The notes under the pieces are model-generated. The model was given only the letters and a program-made list of their open reading frames with translations, had not been told where the DNA came from and searched no databases. This document shows, one piece after another, positions 29,552 to 36,791 of a stretch of DNA of 64,000 nt; position 1 is the stretch's first letter; the number at the start of each line of letters is the position of its first letter. Location of the stretch: positions 135,792 through 199,791 of the forward strand of contig CAZUYC010000083.1 in NCBI GenBank assembly GCA_964624475.1, in the 5' to 3' direction. Source of the DNA: an uncultured Spirochaetales bacterium (GTDB lineage Bacteria > Myxococcota_A > UBA9160 > SMWR01). The translations under genes and the position numbers were made by a program.

Positions 29552-30621
29552 ACTTCGACCTCTCCGACGAGCAGCGCCTGCTCCAGGAGACGGTCCGGAG
29601 CTTCCTGGCCAAGGAGTGCCCGCCGGGCCACCTGCGGGCGATCTTCGAGGGGGAGGGCCACGACCCTTCGCTCTGGAAGGGGATGATCGAGCTCGGCCTC
29701 GGCGGGCTCCACCTCTCGGAGGAGTTCGGCGGGGCCGGGCTCGAGCTCGTCGATCTCGCGCTCGCGGCCGAGGTGCTCGGCCACGCGGGAGCGCCGGGGC
29801 CCTTCCTCGGCCACGCGCTCGCGGGCCTCGCGATCGCGCTCGCCGGGAGCCCCGAGCAGCGCGAGGCGTGGCTGCCGCGGCTCGCCTCGGGCGAAGCGCT
29901 CGCGACGGTCGCCCTCGGCGAGCCGGGTGGGCTCTGGCAGCCCGAGGAGTGGACGCTCGAGCCCGGCGAGCGCCTGACGGGGACGAAGACGAACGTCCCC
30001 TTTGCTTCGCTCGCGGACCTGCTCGTGGTGGGCCTCGCGGGCGGGCGCATGGCGCTCGTCCTGCGCGGCGCGCAGGGCATGGCCGTGGCGCCGATCGAGG
30101 CCGTCGACCGCGCGCGCCGTATCGACGCGGTCGTCTTCCAGGGGACGCCCTGCGAGATCCTGCCGGCGGGCGAGAGCGCCGCGGGTCGCGTGCGCGACGC
30201 CGGCCTCGTGCTGCTCGCGGCGGATGCCTTCGGCGCGGGCTCGCGGCTCGTCGAGATGTCGGTCGAGTACGCGAAGACGCGCGAGCAGTTCGGCGTCACG
30301 ATCGGGCACTTCCAGGCGCTCAAGCACCAGCTCGCGAACATGGCGCTCGAGATCGAGCCGGCGCGGGCGCTCGTCTGGTACGCCGCCTACGCGTTCGACC
30401 ACCTCCCCGAGGAGGCCTCGCGCTCCGCCGCGCTGGCCAAGGCGCACATCACCGAGCGCGCCATGCAGGTCGCTCGCGACGCCGTCGAGTGTCACGGAGG
30501 GATCGGCTTCACCTGGGAGTGCGACGTGCAGCTCTGGTTCAAGCGCTGCATGTTCGACCGCGCCTTCCTCGGTCCCCCCTCCCTCCAGCGCGAGCGCGCC
30601 GCCCGCCTCGCCGGCTGGTAG
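29548..30621 (+). CDS. Acyl-CoA dehydrogenase family protein (shorter partner subunit)
   Basis: VNFDLSDEQRLLQETVRSF, REQFGVTIGHFQALKH, HGGIGFTWE. GTGA overlap with the upstream ACAD. Confidence 0.85.
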   Translation: MNFDLSDEQRLLQETVRSFLAKECPPGHLRAIFEGEGHDPSLWKGMIELGLGGLHLSEEFGGAGLELVDLALAAEVLGHAGAPGPFLGHALAGLAIALAGSPEQREAWLPRLASGEALATVALGEPGGLWQPEEWTLEPGERLTGTKTNVPFASLADLLVVGLAGGRMALVLRGAQGMAVAPIEAVDRARRIDAVVFQGTPCEILPAGESAAGRVRDAGLVLLAADAFGAGSRLVEMSVEYAKTREQFGVTIGHFQALKHQLANMALEIEPARALVWYAAYAFDHLPEEASRSAALAKAHITERAMQVARDAVECHGGIGFTWECDVQLWFKRCMFDRAFLGPPSLQRERAARLAGW

Positions 30622-30668
30622 GCGCGAAGTTCGGGGACGTTCTTTTCCGGCATGAGGGAGGGGAAGAC

Positions 30669-30845
30669 ATGCGGCGATCGAGGTCGGTCCGGCTCGTCCT
30701 CGGGCTCGCGGCGCTCGTCGGTTCGACCGGCTTCGCGACCTGCGGGGGCGCGGTGCCCGAGGCGGAGACCGCGGCGGAGGAGAGCGACGCCGAAGCGACG
30801 ATCGAGGAGGAGCAGGAGGACATGTACCGGGACATCGACCGCTGA
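30669..30845 (+). CDS. Small acidic putative lipoprotein (58 aa)
   Basis: Strong RBS GAGGGAGGGG. Signal with lipobox-like LVGSTGFATC, followed by an Asp/Glu-rich tail. Confidence 0.5.
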   Translation: MRRSRSVRLVLGLAALVGSTGFATCGGAVPEAETAAEESDAEATIEEEQEDMYRDIDR

Positions 30846-30902
30846 ACGGCCGGCCGTCCCGCTCCCGGCCACCTGGAGGCCCTGAGCACGAGGAGGAGGG
30901 AG

Positions 30903-31121
30903 ATGCGCATCTCCATCGTCTACTGCGTGGAGTGAGACTACCGACCCCGAGCCGCCGGTCTGGCGGCCAGGATCGAGCAGGAGCTCGGCGTCGCGCCCGA
31001 GCTCGTCCGGGGCAAGGGCGGCGTCTTCGACGTGAGCGTCGACGGCCGGCGCATCTTCTCGAAGCACGAAGCCGGCCGCTTCCCCGAGGAGGAGGAGATC
31101 CTCGCCCGGCTGCGGCGCTGA
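30903..31121 (+). CDS. SelW-like Rdx-family selenoprotein (in-frame UGA at 30933..30935 read as Sec)
   Basis: My translation is MRISIVYCVE-U-DYRPRAAGLAARIEQELGVAPELVRGKGGVFDVSVDGRRIFSKHEAGRFPEEEEILARLRR. The CxxU lies at the family CxxC/CxxU position. RBS AGGAGGAGGGAG sits directly upstream and a hairpin directly downstream of the UGA. Confidence 0.8.
30951..30967 (+). promoter_or_regulatory. Candidate bacterial SECIS hairpin
   Basis: GCCGCC-GGUCU-GGCGGC starts 15 nt after the UGA. The GGUC-containing apical loop resembles the E. coli fdhF SECIS loop. Confidence 0.55.
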
Positions 31122-31200
31122 TCCGCGCGCGAGGATCCCCGGGAGCGGGGCCGTCGCCGGGGCTTTACAAGCCCGGGGCGCCGAGCCCATCATCGGGGCC

Positions 31201-32970
31201 ATGCCGGAGATCCCCGGCGTCGATCCGGTGACCGCGGAGGTGATCCGCGGGGCGATGGAGACGGTCGCCTACGAGATGGCGACCCACGTCTCGCTCACGG
31301 CGACGACGCCGATCCTGAACCAGTCGAACGAGCGCAACGCGACGATCCTCGACGGGCGCGGTCGCCTCGCGGCGCTCTCGGTCGGGATCCCGCAGTTCAT
31401 GCTCTCCTCGACCCTCCCGGTGCGCTTCGCGCTCGATTTCTTCCGCGCGGAGGGCCTGAACGAAGGCGACGTGCTCGTCGCGAACGACCCCTACCACGGC
31501 GGCGGGCACCTGCCCGACTACAACGTCTTCGCCCCGCTCGTCGTGGACGGAGAGCTGCTGCTGATCGCCTCGATCCAGTGCCACCACGCCGACACGGGCG
31601 GCGGCATGCCGGGCGGCTACAACGTCCAGGCGGTCGACGTCTGGGCCGAGGGCGTGCGCTACCCGGCGCTCAAGATCTTCGACCGGGGGCGCGAGCGGCG
31701 CGATCTCGTCTACATGATGGCGGTGAACAACCGCACGCCGACCTTCCTCGGCGACCTGCGCGCGCAGATCGGGGCCGCCCAGCTCGGCGTGCGCCGGCTG
31801 CGCGAGATCGCGGAGCGCTTCGGGGCCGAGTCGGTGCGCGCGGCCGTGGACCACTCGATCGCCTACGCCGCCCGCCGCTTCCGCGAGGAGGTCTCCGCCT
31901 GGCCCGACGGCGAGTACGAAGCCGACGTGTACGTCGACCACGATCCGAAGGGCAACCCGGACATCCACGTCCACTGCGAGGTCCGCGTGCAGGGCGATCG
32001 CCTGCGCGTCGACTTCACCGGCTCGGACACGCGCCCGGAGCTGCAGGCCTGGTCCACCTTCGGGAACACGCGCGGCTACGTCGTGGCGCAGCTCGCGAGC
32101 ATGATGGACCCCGCGATCCCGAAGAACGAGGGCTTCTTCGACTCGATCGAGCTCGTCGTGCCGGAGGGCTGCTGTCTCAACCCGAAGCCCGGGCGTTCGG
32201 TCGCCGCGGGGACGCACCACCCGGGCGTCGAGGTCGGCGAGGCGGTCTGCCTGGCGCTGGCCCGGGTGATCCCGGAGCGGGCCTGCCCGCAGATCTACAA
32301 GGCCGGGATGCCGGCGATCCTCTACGGCGTCCACCCCGAGACGGGGCGCGTCTTCGTCGACCACTCGGTGGACTGCACCGCGGCCTACTGCGGCGCCGTG
32401 CACGGAGTGGATGGCTGGGGCTCGGCCAACGCCTGCTTCGGCAACCTGATCAAGGCCACGGCCGAGATCAACGAGTCGATCTTCCCGACGCGCCACGAGC
32501 ATCTCGACTATCTCGTCGACAGCGGCGGGCCCGGGAAGTGGCGCGGCTGCCCCGGCTCGAGGTACGTGAAGCGCGTGACGGCGCCGTGCTCGGTCTTCAC
32601 CTACCAGGTGGGGATGAAGTACCCGATGCCGGGCGTCGCGGGCGGGCGGCCGGGCGGGCCGAACCGCTTCACGCTGCGCTTCGGCAGCGAGCGCGCGGAG
32701 GTCGTGAAGCACACCGCCGCGATGGTGCCGCTCGCGGCCGGCGAGGCCGTCGAGTACGTCCTCGGCGGCGGGGGCGGCTGGGGCGATCCCCTCGAGCGCG
32801 ACCCGGACCGGGTGCGCGAGGACGTGCTCGACGAGTACGTCTCGATCGAGGGCGCGCGGCGCGATTACGGCGTGGCGCTCACGGGGCGCATCGAGGACCT
32901 GAGCCTCGCCGTCGACGGGGACGAGACGAAGCGCCTGCGCTCGGCGGCCCGGGGCGCCGCCGCGAGGTGA
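31201..32970 (+). CDS. Hydantoinase B / oxoprolinase family protein (HyuB-like)
   Basis: DPVTAEVIRGAMETVAYEM, NDPYHGGGHLPD. 589 aa. Confidence 0.88.
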   Translation: MPEIPGVDPVTAEVIRGAMETVAYEMATHVSLTATTPILNQSNERNATILDGRGRLAALSVGIPQFMLSSTLPVRFALDFFRAEGLNEGDVLVANDPYHGGGHLPDYNVFAPLVVDGELLLIASIQCHHADTGGGMPGGYNVQAVDVWAEGVRYPALKIFDRGRERRDLVYMMAVNNRTPTFLGDLRAQIGAAQLGVRRLREIAERFGAESVRAAVDHSIAYAARRFREEVSAWPDGEYEADVYVDHDPKGNPDIHVHCEVRVQGDRLRVDFTGSDTRPELQAWSTFGNTRGYVVAQLASMMDPAIPKNEGFFDSIELVVPEGCCLNPKPGRSVAAGTHHPGVEVGEAVCLALARVIPERACPQIYKAGMPAILYGVHPETGRVFVDHSVDCTAAYCGAVHGVDGWGSANACFGNLIKATAEINESIFPTRHEHLDYLVDSGGPGKWRGCPGSRYVKRVTAPCSVFTYQVGMKYPMPGVAGGRPGGPNRFTLRFGSERAEVVKHTAAMVPLAAGEAVEYVLGGGGGWGDPLERDPDRVREDVLDEYVSIEGARRDYGVALTGRIEDLSLAVDGDETKRLRSAARGAAAR

Positions 32971-33806
32971 AGGTCGGCATCGCGCTCGCGCGCCTCCACC
33001 CCGCCTACCACGTCGCCGCGGCGCTCGAGGCGGAGCGGCTCGGCTTCGAATCGGTCTGGATGTCCGAGCACCTGGTCTTCCCGCTCGACATGTCGGGCTC
33101 GCCTCACCCGGGCGAGGACTCGCCGCCGGTGCCGCCGACGACGCCGGTCTACGACGCCTTCGCGTACCTCGCCTTCCTCGCGGCGAAGACCTCACGCGTG
33201 CGGCTCGGGACGAACGTGTATCTGCTCGGGCTGCGGCATCCCTTCGTCGCCGCACGCGCGGTCGCGACCCTCGACATCCTCTCGGGCGGCCGCGCGGAAG
33301 TCGGGATTGGCGCCGGCTGGCTCCGCCAGGAGTGGAGCGCCGCGGGCCTCGACCCGCGCACGCGCGGGCGCCGCCTCGACGAGGCCCTCGCCGTCTGCAA
33401 GCGGCTGTGGAGCGAGCCCGTCGTCGAGCACCGGGGCGAGTTCTTCGCCTTCCCGCCCGTCGCCTTCGAGCCGAAGCCCGTGCAGAAACCCTGGCCGCCG
33501 ATCCACGTCGGAGGCGAGTCGGAGGCGGCGCTCCGCCGCGCGGCGGCCGCCGCCGACGGCTGGTACGGGCTCGTGCACGATCTCGACTCGGCGGCAGCCC
33601 GGGTGCGTCGCCTGCGGGAGCTCCGTCGCGACGCCGGGCGGGAGCACGACCGCTTCGAGGTCACCCTCGGGGGAGAGCTCCGCGACCCCGACGAGCGGAA
33701 GCGCTGGGAGGACGCCGGCGTCGACCGCCTGGTCGTCGCGCCGTGGCGCCGCTCCAGCGAGGCCCTGGAGGGGCTGCGGCGCTTCGCGGACCTCGTCCTG
33801 CGATAG
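32967..33806 (+). CDS. Luciferase-like (LLM-class, probably F420-dependent) oxidoreductase
   Basis: AERLGFESVWMSEHL, LDILSGGRAEVGIGAGW. GTGA overlap with the hyuB-like stop. Confidence 0.85.
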   Translation: MKVGIALARLHPAYHVAAALEAERLGFESVWMSEHLVFPLDMSGSPHPGEDSPPVPPTTPVYDAFAYLAFLAAKTSRVRLGTNVYLLGLRHPFVAARAVATLDILSGGRAEVGIGAGWLRQEWSAAGLDPRTRGRRLDEALAVCKRLWSEPVVEHRGEFFAFPPVAFEPKPVQKPWPPIHVGGESEAALRRAAAAADGWYGLVHDLDSAAARVRRLRELRRDAGREHDRFEVTLGGELRDPDERKRWEDAGVDRLVVAPWRRSSEALEGLRRFADLVLR

Positions 33807-33935
33807 CCCGCTGTCTCCATTGCCCCCCCACGGGGCAGAAAATGTTTTCTCACGAGCACGCGGCATTTTTTTTCTCACAATTGCGATGTGCCGGAGAGTA
33901 GGGTGGAGCGGCAACGGACCTTGGAAGGGGATCCC

Positions 33936-34454
33936 ATGCGCCAGATCGTCCTGCTCGCAGCCGCCGCTTTCCTGCTCCTTGCTCCGTCGAGCGCGCTCGC
34001 GACCTCGGCCACCTACACCGTCAACATGAGTGGAGCGCAGGAGGTGGGTGTTGGCGACGCGGACGGCACCGCCTCGGGCACGATCATGCTCGACGATGTG
34101 AGCGGCCTGATCTCGTGGAGCTTCGTCTACGCCAACATCGCGGCGCCGACCTTGATGCACATCCACGGCCCCGCCGCTCCGGCGGGCGTCAACGCGGGCG
34201 TCTTCATCGGCCTCGGCGTGGTCACCTCCGGTGGGGCGGGAACGCTGATCGACTCGTTCGTGCACGGGAACCTCGCGCAGATCACGCAGATCCTGAGCTC
34301 CCCGACCACTTTCTACGTGAACATCCACAACGGGCCCTTCGGGGGCGGCGCCGTGCGAGGGCAGGTTCCCGAGCCCGCGACCGCGCTGCTCCTCGGCGCA
34401 GGGCTCGCGGGCCTCGGTGTGGCCTCCCGTCGCGCGGGACGCCGCAGCTCCTGA
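33936..34454 (+). CDS. CHRD-domain protein with PEP-CTERM sorting signal
   Basis: Signal peptide MRQIVLLAAAAFLLLAPSSALA, CHRD-like HIHGPA...YVNIHN...GGAVRGQV, and C-terminal VPEPATALLLGAGLAGLGVASRR. Confidence 0.8.
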   Translation: MRQIVLLAAAAFLLLAPSSALATSATYTVNMSGAQEVGVGDADGTASGTIMLDDVSGLISWSFVYANIAAPTLMHIHGPAAPAGVNAGVFIGLGVVTSGGAGTLIDSFVHGNLAQITQILSSPTTFYVNIHNGPFGGGAVRGQVPEPATALLLGAGLAGLGVASRRAGRRSS

Positions 34455-34540
34455 ACGCACTCGGCTGCTCCCCCTTCTTGCGCGCGCGAGCGTCGCGCGC
34501 CCCTTGACCGACCGGAGATATTTCGCTTTACTTTCGCCTC

Positions 34541-35584
34541 ATGCGCGCCCGCGGCACGAGCGGCAATCCCCCGAACCGATTCGAGACCCTGCGCAGCGTC
34601 CCGTCGCCTGAGGAGGCCGCCGAGCTCGAGGAGCGCAATCCCGATACGCAGCTCCTGCGGGACCCGTCGCGCAGCATCGTCGCCACCAACGAGAGCCCCG
34701 ACGTCGGCTTCGACGCGAGCCTCAATCCCTATCGCGGCTGTGAACACGGTTGTGTGTACTGCTACGCGCGCCCCACGCACGAGTATCTCGGCTTCTCGGC
34801 CGGGCTCGACTTCGAGACGCGGATCCTGGTGAAGGAGCGCGCGCCCGAGCTCCTGCGCGCGCGGCTCTCGGCGCGGAGCTGGAGGCCGCAGGTCGTGGCG
34901 CTCTCGGGCGTGACGGACGCCTACCAGCCGGCCGAGCGGCGGCTCGGGATCACGCGGCGCTGCCTCGAGGTGCTGCTCGAGTTCCGCAACCCCGTGACCG
35001 TCGTGACCAAGAGCTTCCTCGTCTCGCGCGACGCCGACCTCCTGCGCGAGCTCGCGGGCTTCGGCGCCGCGAGCGTCTGCGTGTCGATCACGACCCTCGA
35101 CCCCGAGCTGCAGCGGCGGATGGAGCCGCGCGCGGCCCCGCCGGGCCGGCGCCTCGCGGCGATCGAGATCCTCGCCGCCGCGGGCGTGCCGGTGGGCGTG
35201 ATGGTGGCGCCGATCGTCCCCGGGCTCACCGACCACGAGGCTCCGAAGATCCTCGCGGCGGCCGCCGCCGCGGGGGCGCGCTTCGCCGGGCGCGTCGTGC
35301 TGCGCCTCCCGCACGGCGTGGCGGAGCTCTTCGACGCCTGGCTGGCGGCGCACTACCCGGAGCGCCGCGCGCGGGTGCTCTCGCGCGTGCGCGCGCTGCG
35401 CGGCGGGCGCCTCTACGACTCGCGCTTCGGTGTGCGCCAGCGCGGCACCGGACCCTGGGCCGACGAGATGGAGGCGCTCTTCGACCTCGCGCGCCGCCGC
35501 GCGGGCCTCGCCGCGCGCGGGCCGGAGCTCTCGGTCGCGCTCTTCCGCCGCCCGGCGCGAGACGGACAGCTCGCGCTCTTGTGA
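34541..35584 (+). CDS. PA0069-family radical SAM protein (SplB-like)
   Basis: NRFE near the N-terminus and CEHGCVYCYARP (CxxxCxxC). Confidence 0.88.
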   Translation: MRARGTSGNPPNRFETLRSVPSPEEAAELEERNPDTQLLRDPSRSIVATNESPDVGFDASLNPYRGCEHGCVYCYARPTHEYLGFSAGLDFETRILVKERAPELLRARLSARSWRPQVVALSGVTDAYQPAERRLGITRRCLEVLLEFRNPVTVVTKSFLVSRDADLLRELAGFGAASVCVSITTLDPELQRRMEPRAAPPGRRLAAIEILAAAGVPVGVMVAPIVPGLTDHEAPKILAAAAAAGARFAGRVVLRLPHGVAELFDAWLAAHYPERRARVLSRVRALRGGRLYDSRFGVRQRGTGPWADEMEALFDLARRRAGLAARGPELSVALFRRPARDGQLALL

Positions 35585-35599
35585 GCGAGGGACGCCCGC

Positions 35600-36784
35600 C
35601 TACGCGCGCTGCGGCGTCACGAGCCGCCACTGGTTCTCGCGCATGATCCGGCGGACCTCGTCGGCGGAGAAGCCCGCGAGCTCGTCGGCGAAGCTCGTGG
35701 GGTCGGCGAGGCCCTCGGCGTGCGGCCAGTCGGAGCCGAAGAGGATGTTGTCGATGCCGATCAGGCCGGCGAGCTCGCGGATGTCGTCCTCGTAGTAGGG
35801 AGCGACGAAGACGTGACGCCGGATGGTGTCGTCTACCGGTTCGTGGAAGAGCTGCGGAAACTGGCCCTGACACTTGCGGAGCTTGCGCAGGAGCGGTCCC
35901 ACCCACTCCGAGCCGTTCTCGATGCTGCACACGCGCACGTTCGGGTGGCGCTGGAAGACGCCGTGCACGACGAGCGCCGCGATCCCGTCGTAGATCGCCC
36001 GGTCGGCCTGCGTGACGCTGCCGAAGGCGTAGCCGCGGAAGGCCTCCATGGAGCGCTGCCCCTCCCAGGCCGCGGCGTACCTCCCGTAGCCCGAGTCGCT
36101 GGCGTGGAGGGCGACGGGGATGCCCGCCTCGGCGACGCGCGCCCAGAAGGGGTCGCAGACGCGGTCGCCGGGGGAGAAGCTCCCGGTGGCGCCGGGCACC
36201 GGGGCCGGCCGCACGTGGACCATGCGGGCGCCGCGCGAGAGCGCCCACTCGAGCTCGCGCGCCGCGCGCGCCGGGTCCATCAGCGAGATCATCGGCACCG
36301 CGAAGAGCCGCTCGCGCCAGGCGAAGCCCCAGTCCTCGTCGAGCCAGCGGTTGAAGGCCTCGAGGCTTCCGTGGGTGAGCTCGGCGTCGTGGCGCATCGG
36401 CTGCTCCACGCCCACGGCGAGCGTCGGGAAGAGCAGGATCGCCTCGAGGTCCTGGCGGTCCATCGCCGCCAGGCGAGCCTCGCGGTCCCGGTACTCGGCG
36501 CGGATCGGCTCGAGCCGGCCGAAGAGCTCCACCATGCTCCGCCCCTCGGGGTTCTTGCCGCGGAAGAAGGGGTCGAGGCTTCCCGGCAGCGCCACCGGGT
36601 CGAAGGTCGGGTTCGGGATGAACCGGTCGAGCTTGCCGTCGATCAGGATCCTCTGCTTGCCCCGGATCTCCACCCAGGTGACGCCGCGCTTGCGCAGCTT
36701 CGGATCCATGTGGCGCTGGAAGGCGTCCTGGGCCTCGTAGTAGTGGTTGTCGCCATCGAACGCCTTGTACCCGAGTGCGCCCAT
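35600..36784 (-). CDS. Amidohydrolase-2 family metal-dependent hydrolase
   Basis: Start MGALGYKAFDGDNHYYE. C-terminal FGSDWPHAEG. The track ORF extends further upstream in non-coding-like sequence. Confidence 0.85.
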   Translation of the reverse strand: MGALGYKAFDGDNHYYEAQDAFQRHMDPKLRKRGVTWVEIRGKQRILIDGKLDRFIPNPTFDPVALPGSLDPFFRGKNPEGRSMVELFGRLEPIRAEYRDREARLAAMDRQDLEAILLFPTLAVGVEQPMRHDAELTHGSLEAFNRWLDEDWGFAWRERLFAVPMISLMDPARAARELEWALSRGARMVHVRPAPVPGATGSFSPGDRVCDPFWARVAEAGIPVALHASDSGYGRYAAAWEGQRSMEAFRGYAFGSVTQADRAIYDGIAALVVHGVFQRHPNVRVCSIENGSEWVGPLLRKLRKCQGQFPQLFHEPVDDTIRRHVFVAPYYEDDIRELAGLIGIDNILFGSDWPHAEGLADPTSFADELAGFSADEVRRIMRENQWRLVTPQRA

Positions 36785-36791
36785 GACGGGA

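Noticed and set aside
20157-31121. A functional link between the selenium-binding-protein homologue and the selenoprotein gene.
   Set aside because: The genes are 10 kb apart with unrelated genes between them. Bacterial SBP56 enzymes are copper thiol oxidases, so the shared word selenium is nomenclature only.
30932-31231. A 99-aa ORF from the track (MRLPTPSRRSGGQDRAGARRR...).
   Set aside because: It is an alternative frame of the SelW-like gene. It has no protein-like composition, and its GTG lies inside the Sec codon context.
33840-33890. A sigma-54 type promoter upstream of the CHRD gene (GGCAT...TTGCG).
   Set aside because: The spacing between the GG and GC elements is about 16 nt rather than the required 4-5 nt between TGGCAC and TTGC.
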